DNA from: Octopus sinensis
Lineage: Eukaryota
NCBI RefSeq assembly: GCF_006345805.1
Contig: NC_043020.1
Span: 20,894,001-20,958,000 of the forward strand
DNA length: 64,000 bases
Direction of reading: 5' to 3'
The notes beneath the pieces are model-generated. The model did not search any database. It was not told the DNA's origin and saw only the letters and a program-made list of their open reading frames with translations. This document shows positions 11,940 to 24,172 of the stretch, one piece after another. Both the position numbers and the translations under genes were made by a program. Positions within the stretch are counted from its first letter, which is position 1. Each line of letters begins with the position of its first letter.

Positions 11940-13481
11940 AGTACCAATACTTTGTACACCTTCAACTTGGTGGCCAGCCTAATGCCTCTCCTCTCTCACA
12001 CTGATTCAAGTAGTGGCCTGAAGGCTGAGTTTCCCTTGACAATGCATGTATTAACATCATCGTCAATGTTTACAGGTCTGGAAAGTGAGCTGTGGAGGGA
12101 CATGAATTTATCAACAACCTCTAGGGTTTCCTCTTTGACATTGATAGCTAATCTCACACATGGTTACTGTGGGGTAGGTTGCTGCATGATCCTTGTCTTT
12201 TGAGGCTGATGTAGCAGTGGCAAAGCAGTTCATGCTCAGCTGCATCAGGGCCTGTGTGGCAGCATTGAGTGTGCTGCACAGTAATCTGCAAACAGGAGGT
12301 CACACACTGAGTCCTCTTCCACTTTGGTCTTGGGCTGGTTGAAGTGTCTGCCATCAGTTCTGAATCTGAGCTTGATGTTGGTTTTGTTGTTATTGCAGAA
12401 GGCATTCAACAGCATGGCTGAGAACATCATGCTGAACAGTGTAGTGCAAGAATATAGCCCTGCTTCACTTCATTAGTGACTGGGAATGTGTCAGAAGAAT
12501 CTCCACAGCCCAATACTCAAGTGAGCATACCATCATGGAACTGTCTCACTATGCTGATGAAATTGTCCAAGCAGCTGAACTTTCCCATAATCTCCCAAAG
12601 CTCCTCAGAACTGACAGTGTCACTGGCCTTGTATAAGTCCATGTTCTCTCTGTTGTCCCATGTTGCTCTCTGAGGCTACGCTGACTCTCTGGCAGATGCC
12701 TCTTTTCCATGTGTTGAGCAAGGTGCTTAAGGAGGACTCTTGCAAGTATCTTGCCAGTGATAACAAGGAGAGAAATTCCTCAGTACTTGTCACATGACTG
12801 CCAGTTTCCCTTTTCCTTGAAGAGATGGACAACAGAAGCACCTTTGTGCTCCCGAAGAACAACTTCCTGTTGCCACATGGTCTGAAAGAGATTGGTGAGC
12901 TTCTGTGCCAAGACCTGTCCCACTACTTTGTATATTTTATCTGGGATTTCGTCAGAGCTTGGTGCCTTGCCATTTGAGAGAAGTTTAATTGTTTTCTGGA
13001 TCTCTGCTTTCATTAGAGGCTCTGCCAGAGAAATGTTGATGTCAACTTGGGGTATGCAAGCAATGGCTTCAATGTTGATAAGAAAGACATTGTTGAAGTA
13101 CTCTGCCCACCTTTCCTGAATTATGTTTTTGTCAGTGAAGAGTGTGGTCCCATCAGCCCTGAGCAGTGGTGATGTTCCAGAGGACCGTATCCTATTTATG
13201 GCTTTCAGGTCATTGTAGAAGTGCTTGGAATTGTTGCTGTCAGTGTACTTTTGTATCTCATCTGCCTTATCTCTGAGCCAGGAATCCATCATCTCTCTGA
13301 GCTTTACCTGCACTTTGCTTTCGGCAGCATTGTAGGTTGCTTTCTTGGAGGCTGATGTGCTCTCTTGCTGAGAGATTCTGTATGCTTCATGCTTCTCATT
13401 GAGCAGCTTCTGAATTTTCTCATCATTATTATTGAACCAGTTTTGGTGTCTATATGTGCTCTGGCCCAGATGAGTGAAAGC
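11940..13481 (-). mobile_element. RTE-BovB-like LINE, linker plus RT portion
   Basis: AFTHLG..HQNWF..QVKLREM.DSWL..KADEIQKY..ERWAEYF..GKAP.SDEIP; RT remnants continue to TKLKVY near 11950; 3' end missing. Confidence 0.88.
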
Positions 13482-14150
13482 CTAACCTGGTCAGCAAGCT
13501 AACCAGGACTGAAAGGACCAACTGATGTCTGTGTGGCTTCCCCTCAGAGGAAAGTGCCATGCTGCCATCGTCAGTTCTTACTCCCCCACCATGACCGACA
13601 CTGAGGATGTCAAAGACAAATTTTATGAAGACTTAGAAACCCTCATAGTAGCTGTGCTTAAGGAAGACAACCTCATTGTTCTTGGTGACTTCAACACCAG
13701 AGTTGGTACAGACTATCAGACATAAGAGGGAACCATTGGGAGAAATGGATTTGGCAAGAGCAACAGTTATCTACTACTGAAGACTTGTGCAGCAAATGAC
13801 CTGCTGATCACCAACACAATGTTTCGTCTAACCAAACACAAGAAGACATCCCTGATGCATCTACACAGCAAACATTGGCATTTAATTCTCTACATCATAG
13901 TCAGGAGATGGGACAGGCAGGATGTTAGGGTGTGCTGGTCAGATCACAAACTCAACCTTGCAAAACTTGACATGCACACTCAGTCAAGGCAGCAACCACA
14001 AAAAAAAGCTGGCCAAACAACTTAACATCAACAAATTGGAATGGTACAATGTGAAACAGAATCCCAGCAAGGACCTGGACCAGCAAGTTGAGTCAACTTG
14101 ACCTTGGTACAAAGGGAGCGAAAGAGGACAGGGTAGTGTTCAGAGACCCA
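13482..14150 (+). mobile_element. APE endonuclease portion of the same RTE-BovB-like LINE, inverted
   Basis: NLVSKL..LPL..SSYSPTMT..KDKFYEDL..LIVLGDFNTRVG..NDLLITNTMF..SKHWHLI..WSDH, ending at VFRD. Confidence 0.88.
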
Positions 14151-15208
14151 ACACTGCACTCACTCATACGTACATAAATACAGGTATACATCCATTTTTG
14201 TATGTTTTTATGATTAATGTTTAAGCATTTTTTTACGATTCGTATATTTGATTTTTTCATCTATTTTTTAGATAGCTTTTTCCCCCTTCTATTTCTTAAA
14301 AGTTTCGCACACACTCTCTCCTGACCTCCCTTCTCTACCGGTCAGTAGCTGGGGTTCGTTCCTCACTCATGTCACTAATTTATATATACACTGATCGAAC
14401 CGTAAAAAAAAAAAGAAATGATTGAGGAAAAAACAATTGGTGACGTGAAGAACGAACCCCTCCTACTAACAGGTAGAGAGAGAGGAGTATGGAGAATGTG
14501 TATGGGCAAACTTTACAAACTGAGAAAAACACAAAAAGGATGTGTGTATTTATGCGTTATATGTATGTGTGAGGGGGAAGGGAGAGAGAGTGTGTGTGTG
14601 TATTTGTTCAGCATTCGAACAGATTAAAAACAATGTCGACATGAGCACATGAAGAAGAAAAAAAAAGATGTTTTCCCCCGTAAATTGCCGAATGTCTCGA
14701 CAAATCAGCTGATTTTAAAATGGCATTGCTGATACGTATACCGAATGAAACCTTGCTAGTTTCTTTTCAAACCGCGGTGATTCTCATATGCCTAACTTCT
14801 TCAAGTAAATTAAACATTATGGAAAAGGTGAAGGGCGAACCCCACCGCACCTCCTCAGAATCACGCTCTACGGTGCCTGAAACAAACAGATCCGAGGAAA
14901 TTACGGTTTTTGTGTACAAGATAATTTCCCACTGAACCGATGTCATGTTATGCCTTCCACAATTTCTCTTAGGGGCCTCCTCGTCAAATACAAACAGGGT
15001 ATTAAGGCCACATATCTAGGAGTGGGAATATAATCGACCATATCAATCTCAGTACTAGACTGGTACTTAATATTATCAACTCTGGAAGTTTTCAAGACAA
15101 AAAACAGAGTCGACTAGGGTAAGATTTGAACTCAGAACTCAGAAGAGCAATGCATTTTTGTCAGTCGTTATCCGTCGAATTAATAAATTAGTAAGACTGT
15201 AAACTCAC

Positions 15209-15233
15209 CTTGTATAATAACGGATTGTGTCAT
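15209..15233 (-). CDS. TUBE1: Probable first coding exon of epsilon-tubulin (MTQSVIIQ plus phase-1 G)
   Basis: ATG ACA CAA TCC GTT ATT ATA CAA G followed by a perfect GTGAGT donor at 15208-15203. Human TUBE1 starts MTQSVVVQV, as recalled. No downstream tubulin exon was found in 1-15200. Confidence 0.55.
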
Positions 15234-15469
15234 AGTTTTTTTTCTTTTTAACAAACAACTAAGACAGAGATTGTACAAGAAGAAAACTGTGACTCTTCTG
15301 TGGTACAACTGTAATATGTCAGTAAAGCTCAATAATACTATATTCAGGTAATATTTCTGTAATACTCAAATACTGTTCCGTACTTCAGTCAGTGTTCGGT
15401 GATACTTCTATAATTATTTCAGAAGTGTTAAATTTAGGAAAAACATTCAAGTTTGGCGGACATTTTGGC

Positions 15470-15537
15470 GACTAATAGTAACAGGAAGTGACGTAACGTA
15501 TTCCCTAGCAACCAAGATGTCTGTCGTGAGGTATTTG
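15470..15537. promoter_or_regulatory. Candidate bidirectional promoter and first non-coding exon of the plus-strand gene
   Basis: GGAAGTGACGT ETS-CRE composite at 15484-15494; RFX X-box-like GTATTCCCTAGCAAC at 15498-15512; possible donor GAG|GTATTT at 15531; locally raised CpG content. Confidence 0.5.
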
Positions 15538-17364
15538 TAAAATTATTTATTTTCACTGGATGGTTTGGTTGACACTTTTCGCTTACAGACCACCTTTTTA
15601 TATCCTTATAAATGAAAAAGAAAAAAAAATTGAAGCAAAACTTTCAGAAAAATCCCCAAAAAGAAAGAACCACTTTCGATGATTAATTACAATAAAACGA
15701 AGGTCTGCTTGGAATACGGTAGAAGTAATTACTCAGTGATACAAATTATGCTGACGTATTTGAAGAGTAGGATATAGTCGTTTGAACCGTATATTGTATC
15801 ATTGATACTTATTTTATGGATCATAGTTGGTGGTGGGGCCCGTTTTGTGAAAGCAGAGTCGAAACTAGCGGAGTTTGAACGGAAAGATTAAACTGGTTTG
15901 TCAAGCCACATTTTTGTTTACATTTGAATAAGTATCCTACGCTATACTAATACCTTCGTAGTTTGGGTATGAATTCTGATGGATTATTAAATAACATTCA
16001 AACCAATTGGTACAATCCTGATGTAAGCTATCGAAAATACCCTTATGGGGTTTAATTTCACAGCGAGACAAAACATTGAATGTAGTGAATGTAATAAATC
16101 GGTCACGAAAAAACCCAGCCTGCTAGGTGTAAAGAAGTGTGTTGAAAACGAATATGAAAACAAAAATATCCCTTTTCCTGAAAGTTATGAGGGAAATCGA
16201 AGTTAGAAAATTTATATATTCTTTGTGATTTATTTTCTTTAAAACTCACTCATTTTCCGATCAGCATTGATTTTGACAATTGATTTTGATAACTTTATTT
16301 ACATAAACGATTTTTTAATTCTGTTTCCTCGCTCGATTAGTAACAGTACCGTTATTTTTGTTTCTTTTTCGATTCGACAATCATTATCGAGTGACAAATC
16401 CGAACTAAACAGATCTCTTTCTCATAAATATTGATAACAATTGTCGTTCTTTGTTTAGGGAATCAATTTTAGATATACATATCGATTACTTTTGATTGAG
16501 AGAAAGCCTGAATATTTATGAATGACTACACAAACTCATAAGTTTTTGAAAAATGCATGTTTTAAACGAAACTTATACAGAGATGGCTTTTCAAGGATCT
16601 AGATTACGATTATCTTGATAAAATGAAAAAAGATTTTTTGAAGGAAATTTTGATCCTTTTCCCTGCGTTTGTTACCAACAATTTCCGTCATTTTAGTATT
16701 TTTACCTTTTTTCTTTTTCAGATTTATATATCTGAAATATTAATATTACGAAATCTACACCCTCGAAAATGAATTTTTCCAAAAGTCATTTAAAAATATG
16801 CATCTTAAAGAGAGTTATGAGAAAACGAAGTCGAGAGAGTGTGAGATTGATCTGAACTTAAAAAAAAAAAAGCTATCAATATAATCATAATCTACACACA
16901 AAAAAAAAAAAATGCATTTTTCGGAAAGTTATGAAGAAACAAACTTGGCGGTGGACACCAATCTGTAGTTATGCAGCTATCTGTAAGTTCGGCTCTTACT
17001 CTACGGAACTTAATTTTTCACATTTCAGATACTATAAAGCTGTCGACATCATTGGGAAGGCAAAGTAACGTATAAATGAAATGTCATCTTTCTCTTTAGA
17101 AAGCATGTACCTAATCAAGAGGAAATTATTTGACATTTTTTTTTTCTTTTTCGTGATTCTGAAACTGGAAACGTTTCAACTCACGCTGCCGAAGTAAATG
17201 CGTGAAAACCTCAAGTTTCTACTTCTTATTTAAAACTCCACGAACGTTATTACATATTCCGCTAAGAAACTGTTATTTTCCTCTGATTGGGTGACTTAGA
17301 CTTATCTCCCTTGGAATTAGCAAAACCTTTCGATACCAGCGGGTGACCTTTCACAATACTTAGA

Positions 17365-17745
17365 AAACGGTACTTTTTGGTTATCTCACCCCCTTAAAAT
17401 ATTGGGTTATCTCCCCACGTTTTATGAGGAATATCGGTACTTTTAGTTATATCCCTCAACTAAAAAAATTGTTTAACATTTAATAAAAAAAAAAAAGTGA
17501 TACGAAAAGATTAATAAACAAGAAAACTGAAATAATTAAACATCTTACTAAATCTGATAACATTTTTATAACAAATCATACCATGTCTATTGAGGAGGCC
17601 AAACATTAACAACGTGTTGAAGTATTGAATCAAAAGGATCTAATTCTTTTAATCCAATCTCTTGTCATCACATAAACTTTAGTTTTTTAGTGGGAAGATA
17701 ACCTAGTTTTTTAATGGGGGTGAGGTAACCCCAAAGTACCTAGAA
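17365..17745. mobile_element. MITE-like element with degenerate inverted arms of about 50 bp
   Basis: ggtactttttggttatctcacccccttaaaatattgggttatctcccca (about 17370-17420) versus the reverse complement of about 17688-17740. Confidence 0.45.
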
Positions 17746-18569
17746 AACATAGCATCAGAATTGACTTGATACGTTAAATTGATTAATGACCATCTCGATA
17801 GGGTAGCAGAACAGACTGCGAAGTAGCTAGCTGGTTGGATAGATTTATAAACAAATACAGACAATTTGCTAAATAGAAAATAAATGAGTTTCTTGCGAGG
17901 AGCTAACAATTCTACTTTGTGAACTGTTTGTAGTCACTACTTGCTGATAGACACCATCACTAGTTTCTTAGTATTTCTCTCAGGTAACTAACTAGCTCAC
18001 TAGAGATGTAGACAATTAAAAAGCTACCTTGCTGGTGTGGTATAATGGACAAATTGGTAGATAGCCGTATGACTAGATATACAAAAAACCATGTAGCTAG
18101 TTATTAAGAATTGAAGTGAATATTTTTTAGTAGGTACAACGACTTAGAAGATTGACTGACAGTTAAGTGAGTGATAACAATGTAGTAAGTTAGAAATTGT
18201 AACTGATTAAAATTACATCCATAGCATTGTGCCCTCAGTTGATGTCACAGAAGAAATTATGATTTTATGAGGATTTTATCAGAATGCTCTAAACTTTTTA
18301 TGCCACATTCCTGTAACATTCTCAGCCATCCATCCAGCACTTAAAGTAAACAAAACAAAAGAATATCTGCAGAAAATATTTGTTTTGGTTATGTTTTCCT
18401 CTTTATTAGTAAAAGTAGTAATTTGGTACTATCAGTACAAGTCAATTCTGTCGTATAATGAGTTTTCTTGAAACTAAGCATTTTAATGGTCAGTCTTAGA
18501 ATCCTTAGAGTCAACTGTTTTTATAAGAGGATACATCAGATGTCAATATCATCCATATTTGCAATCTGT

Positions 18570-19571
18570 CGGCAAAGTTCAGCGAGCTCTTACCTCTGCT
18601 GGTGACAAAGTATGCTCCGATGGATGTGTAATGTCAGTGTACATACTCGACAGAGTGTAAGTACCTTGAGAGAAAAGTTGGATCTAAGAAGCATCAGCTG
18701 TGGTGTGCAAGAGAAACAATTGCGCTGGTATGGTCATGTGGCGAGAATGGATGAAGATAGGTGTGTGAAAAAGTGCTAATCCCCAGCGGTTGAGGAAACC
18801 TGTGGAAGAGGTAGACCCAAGAAAACCTGGGACAAGGTGGTGAAGCACGACCTTTGAACATTAGGCCTCACCGAGGCAATGACTAGTGACCGAGACCTTT
18901 GGAGATATGATGTGTGTGAGAAGACCCGGCAGGACAAGTGAGTCCATCCCGTGTCCCTTGCCAGGGATGTAGCCAGCTCACTTATGCCTGCCTTTCCTTC
19001 CTTGGACACACGAAGACCTGTTGAGGCAAGTGAAGTCGAAATTGAATTTGAATATGAATTCAAAATCGAACCTCATCTGACGACTGGCATCCATGCCAAC
19101 CTCCCTTCATTGGACACTAAACTCTGCTTGTGAAGACCTGTTGGGGCAAGTGAAATCGGAATCAAAATTGAACCAATCCTATGACTGGCACCCAGCAGTT
19201 GCCAGTGCCGCTGGACTGACCCCTCTGTAGGTGGCAAGTAAAGAAACACCGTTTCAACCCTGTGCTTGAGGAGACCTATTGAGTCAAGTACACCAACATC
19301 AATGGAAATTGTAGTTGTGATCCCTGTGCCGGTGGCACATAAAAAGCACCAATCCGATAGTGGCCGTTGCCAGCCTCAACTGGCACCTGTGCCGGTGGCA
19401 CGTAAAAAGCACCCACCACACTCACGGAGTGGTTGGCATTAGGAAGGGCATCCAGCTGTAGAAACACTTCCAGATCAGACTGGAGCCTGGTGCAGCCTTC
19501 TGGCTTCCCAGATCCCGGTTGAACCGTCTGATCCATGCTAGCATGGAGAATGGATGTTAAACGATGATGAT
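18570..19571 (+). mobile_element. 3' end of RTE-clade LINE with (TGA)n tail
   Basis: AKFSELLPLLVTK, LRWYGHVARMDEDRCVKKC, GRPKKTWDKVVKHDL, then the same 3' UTR as 8601-9040. Confidence 0.88.
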
Positions 19572-20551
19572 TTCCTTTTCTGGGGATTTAGCACATATCT
19601 GTAAAACTCATGGATTTTGTTCTCATATTTTAGAAGCATTTTTGTGCTACTTTCTTTCTAGTTTGTACTGTTAATCCATTCCTCTTTTATAAATCTGTAA
19701 TACCAGCCCTCACTATCAGAAAAAACATCCTTATATCTTTTTTTTAGTTGCACTTAAAAAAATTTATTTAGTTGTTACTATTAAACCTTAGTTTCTTGAT
19801 GTATAAATTAAATCTTCACCTATTCCAGTTTCACTCATCTAAATTTTTTGTATGAAGGTTGTCCTTTGATTTAATTTTGTTGAAGTTGTTCCTCTACTTT
19901 TGTCAATCACACACTCATTTTCTCAGTTGGAGGTAAACCAAATTGACTTCCAGTAGCTCTGTTATCATTTTCTTTCGTAAATTGCATTGATTGTAACATA
20001 ACAATTACGGAAATATGTCATCTCTGTAGTTCCATTGTTTGGAAAATGATAATCTGATAATTTAAAACTTGAAGGACTGTTCAACCAACAATAGATTGTT
20101 TGAGTGTTTCAACTAAATGAATTTTGTGTTGTAAGTTAAAATACTAATGGAAGTGCCTTACTTCATTGATTACTAGCTTCAAATTAATGAAGCATAGTGG
20201 AACTGATGAGGGGCATCAAGTTTAGTTTACATGTAAGGTCAAATGTCACTTTCTTCTTGACTGGTGTTATTTCATCTTAAGTAAATACTATTGACATATA
20301 TTATTACTTTATAAAATACTAATAACTGTGAGAAGCAGTTTTGTAAGAGAGATGTTTGCAATCTATGTTACAGGGTACTGTAGAATCTGAACCACAACTT
20401 GAGAGTAATGACACATTTTTAGGGGATTTTATTTAATATTGTCTATTAAATTACTGTATTTTTACAATATAAATGTAATCAACTGAAATCTTCCAGTATA
20501 TTTAATATATACCAAATTTATTATTTTCAGATCAAAACACATACAATCAAA

Positions 20552-21535
20552 ATGGCTAAAGCTTCTTCTTCTTCTACTATTGACTGGACCCTAATATCTG
20601 CTCATGGACCTGCAGTTGTCTTTCATACAGCCTGTATTGTTGGAGATAAGCTCTATGTTCATGGTGGTTTGGTTGTTGAAAATGATAACATGCCGGTTAA
20701 TGGCTTCTATTGTTTAGATTTAAGAAGAAATATATGGAATGAAATACAATCACCTGGTAGTCCATCTTTAAGCCACCACACCTCCATTGTCTTACATGAA
20801 CACTACATGCTCCTTATAGGAGGATGGAATGGCAAGTCTAGATCAGCAAATCTTCATTGCTTTGATACTGCAACAATGCAGTGGACTGAAATGAAACATT
20901 CTGGTTACCCAAAAGAGGCTGGTTTGAGTTCTCACTCAAGTATCTTATGTGAAAATAACAAAATTTTAGTTGTTGGTCGAGAGGGTCATCTTCATTCACA
21001 ACGTAAACACAACAGTGCTTATATCATATCTGGTGACCCTGTGACAGGGTATTTTTCCTATTCCTTGCTAACATATGAGGTTGCTTCACGTTCAGGCCAC
21101 ACGTGTAATAGTGATGGTCGTTGGACATATTTGATTGGTGGCCGCAAAGACAATTTCATTGAGACAGTGGCTCATGTAAAGTCTTATCCACAACTAACAA
21201 GTTCAGTTGCCAAGAAATTAAAAGATTTTTGTGAGAAACTTGTTCCAATGTCAAAATATCCATCAGGTAGGAAGCATCATGCTGGTGTTGGAGGTCATGG
21301 AGTTATATTCATTCACGGAGGGGAAACTTTTGAGTCTGCTATAAACTTACCTTCAGGGGAAATGTATGTGTTTATTGCAGGAAAAAGTTTAAATTTTTAT
21401 AAAGTTGGGATTGGTCTTGTTTCTCTTAAAGGACATATATGCTGTTGCTACAATGACAAAATAATTATACATGGGGGTGTATCTGGCAAGAGACACATTG
21501 TAAAGGGGGATACTTATGAATTAATTATACCTTAA
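20552..21535 (+). CDS. KLHDC9: Kelch domain-containing protein 9 orthologue, 327 aa, single coding exon
   Basis: Open 327-aa ORF with kelch GG..Y/W repeats. FH.C, SHH, GGWNG..R, GLSSH, GREG..H.QR, SRSGH and GGET match human KLHDC9 as recalled. Splice acceptor ttattttcag ends at 20530. Confidence 0.88.
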   Translation: MAKASSSSTIDWTLISAHGPAVVFHTACIVGDKLYVHGGLVVENDNMPVNGFYCLDLRRNIWNEIQSPGSPSLSHHTSIVLHEHYMLLIGGWNGKSRSANLHCFDTATMQWTEMKHSGYPKEAGLSSHSSILCENNKILVVGREGHLHSQRKHNSAYIISGDPVTGYFSYSLLTYEVASRSGHTCNSDGRWTYLIGGRKDNFIETVAHVKSYPQLTSSVAKKLKDFCEKLVPMSKYPSGRKHHAGVGGHGVIFIHGGETFESAINLPSGEMYVFIAGKSLNFYKVGIGLVSLKGHICCCYNDKIIIHGGVSGKRHIVKGDTYELIIP

Positions 21536-22676
21536 ATTCAGCGTGTTTGAAGCCTGAATTGTTATACATCACAGCCAGTACTATTGTTTTAACTATTGTT
21601 TTTTTGTAACTAACTTTCCCAAGTGGCAATAATGTGAAAGAGCTAGAGGCATGATTTATTGCTCAACTCAACTCTAAACTAGCAATCAAATCTGTTGTCA
21701 TCTATGTAAACTGAGATTAGCAGAGTTTAATGTTTGGTGGTTTGTAAGGTTTAAACTCATAAATGCTGTTGTACCTCTATTAAAAACACATAAAAAAGAA
21801 CTCTGCTGAGAAAAAAGGAAAAAACACACAAACAAAACACAATATCTAATACTAATGAGCATAAGTAGCTTGAAATGCATATATTAGTCCACAATGGCTT
21901 TGATGTTATGACTCCTTTTGCCTAAACAGAGAATATTTCTGCATGGCGAATTGCAGTGAAAATGGCTGTTTTGGAGGTCAAATATTTCCTAAACATATTT
22001 GAACTGATTGAAAAGTTTGTTTATTTCACAACACTGCTTGACATGCACACTGCAACTACCAGACATAGCGGTGACAACTACCTACCAACATCTTGTCCGA
22101 GCATGTGAACCTAAGAATGAAGAAAAGAACTGTTGTAGCCTTCAGACCAGTAATGCCATATGACCTGAGTTGACCAATAGAGGCATAAGATCTAGAAGCT
22201 ACCTTGAATTTGTCTCAAACTTCTATACTCTGCTCTAGCCTCCTGACCAGAAAAATTCAAACTTATTAAATAAGATATGTAACTCCAACCAAATGTGTTG
22301 AGTGCCACTGTCTTCCATTTGTCAATTCACTTGTGTGTGTATTTAAAGAAAGATTTTCTTAAATGTTATTAACAATTAAAAAAGATTCTTTTGGCAAGTT
22401 TTTGTATTGTTTGTAAATGCTCTCATTGTTCAATTTTTCAAACACGTGTGTTCAGGGCTAATGCATGTAGAAGTGGTTTGACTATTTCCAGTTTAGTTTC
22501 AAATTTAGAATTCTTACAAAGTATTCTTCATTTGCCTTTCATATTTGATCATTTTCACCTTTCATTGTGAAAGAATGAAATATTTGCACAAATATCTAGA
22601 TGTTCACAATCTCTAATTTCTTGTTTGTGCACTCTCACTGATTAGTTTTGATCCTGCTTCTCTGATGTAATTTTCA

Positions 22677-22917
22677 TTGCTTGATCTATTTCATTAGATA
22701 CAAGTGTTATATCATCTGCAAAGTCCAGGTTTGTGATGGTTACTGCTGGTACTCTCTGCAAGCTTTGTTGGTTTATGATGAAACCATGGTCTTTGTCACT
22801 GCTGTCTATAGCCTGCCGCATTACATAATTCAATACAATTGCAAACAGGTAAGGTGCAAGCATATCTCCTTGTTGCACCCCAGCTAGTATTTGAAAAAAT
22901 TCTGTTTCTCCATCAGA
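22677..22917 (-). mobile_element. RTE-clade LINE RT core, inverted segment
   Basis: SDGETEFFQILAGVQQGDMLAPYLF..LDFADDITLVSNEIDQA. Confidence 0.85.
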
Positions 22918-23540
22918 AACATCAGCTGCTAAAATAGGGCTGCACACAAATGTCAAGAGAACAGAATACATGTCTTTCAACCAATCAAGTGACGCTGAAC
23001 TGTTTGCTTTGTGCAGTTCTAAATTGAATGTTGCTGAAGTACTTAGGTGGTTGGGTGAGCAGTTCAGAAGCAGACATCAAGATCAGGAAGGCACAAGCAT
23101 GGACAACCTGTCATAAACTAAAGGAAATGTGGAACTCCAAATTGTCCAGGCAACTCAAAATCAAGCTGTTCATTGTAAGTGTCAAATCAGTGCTATTATA
23201 TGGCAGTGGAACATGGACACTGACAAAGAACCTATCAAACGGGCTAAATGGATGCTATACAAGGATGACTCTAAATGTGAAATGACGGCAACACATGACA
23301 AACGAATGCCTTTATGGAGACCTACCAAAAGTTAGTGAGATGATCAGGCACAGGTGTCTGCAACTATCTGGTCACTGCATGCACCACCCTGAGATGGAAA
23401 CATCCAAATTAGTCTTCTTGAACCCACTTCATGGCGATGTAAGAAGAAGAAAATGTCATCACACATTGACAACTTGATTGTAGACACTGGCCTGGAATAT
23501 ATCCAGGAATTGAAGCAGTGATGATGAACTGAGAAGTGTG
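22916..23540 (+). mobile_element. RTE-clade LINE 3' segment
   Basis: ETSAAKIGLHTNVKRTEYM, KYLGGW, IKIRKAQAW, VLLYGSGTWTLT, LQLSGHC..HPE. Confidence 0.85.
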
Positions 23541-23589
23541 GTGGATAGATTTTGTTGCTGCAGCCCAGGTTGGAACCTGGCCATAATAA

Positions 23590-23725
23590 TGGTAATTATC
23601 ATTGCATTGTGGGCATTTGATGCAGTAGATGAGATCTTTTGTATTGCAATTCATCTTAAATTCTTTCTTATTCTTCAATGTTTTGCTTATTTCTTGTTCA
23701 GTCATTTCACATGTCCACAAGAAGG
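23590..23725 (-). mobile_element. PLE GIY-YIG endonuclease fragment
   Basis: MNCNTKDLIYCIKCPQC..YYGQ, similar to 30530-30620. Confidence 0.65.
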
Positions 23726-23913
23726 GTCTCCACGGTTTGTTATCTACATTATTTCTTTCTCTGATGTGAATCTCATTTTCCTTAGGAGTCTTTTGAGATT
23801 TCGTGTTTGTCTTCAGCTGTTGATAATTTATGATTCTTTTATTATTTGTTGGAAATTCAATGACTGATATAGAATTGTGAGATATTGCCTGGCCGAATCT
23901 AAGATGCTGTGGT

Positions 23914-24172
23914 TTCTTGGATTAGGGGGGACAACAATTTCTTGGATTAGGGGGGACAACAATTTCTTGGATTATGGGGGACAACAATTTCTTGGATTAT
24001 GGGGGGGATAACAATTTCTTGGATTATGGGGGACAACAATTTCTTGGATTATGGGGGGATAACAATTTCTTGGATTATGGGGGACAACAATTTCTTGGAT
24101 TAGGGGGGACAACAATTTCTTGGATTATGGGGGACAGCAATTTCTTGGATTATGGGGGGATAACAATTTCTT
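23914..24172. repeat. Minisatellite, about 10 copies of a 25-27 bp unit ttcttggatt(a/at)G5-7a(c/t)aacaat
   Basis: Directly visible head-to-tail units that differ mainly in G-run length. Confidence 0.93.

Noticed and set aside
14760-14880. Possible second exon for the minus-strand gene (acceptor tgtttgtttcag)
   Set aside because: Joined to MTQSVIIQ it gives GTVERDSEEVRW.. and an early stop, with no GQCGNQIG tubulin motif.
23914-24172. CRISPR-like array
   Set aside because: Units are contiguous with no unique spacers, there are no cas genes, and the context is eukaryotic; it is a minisatellite.
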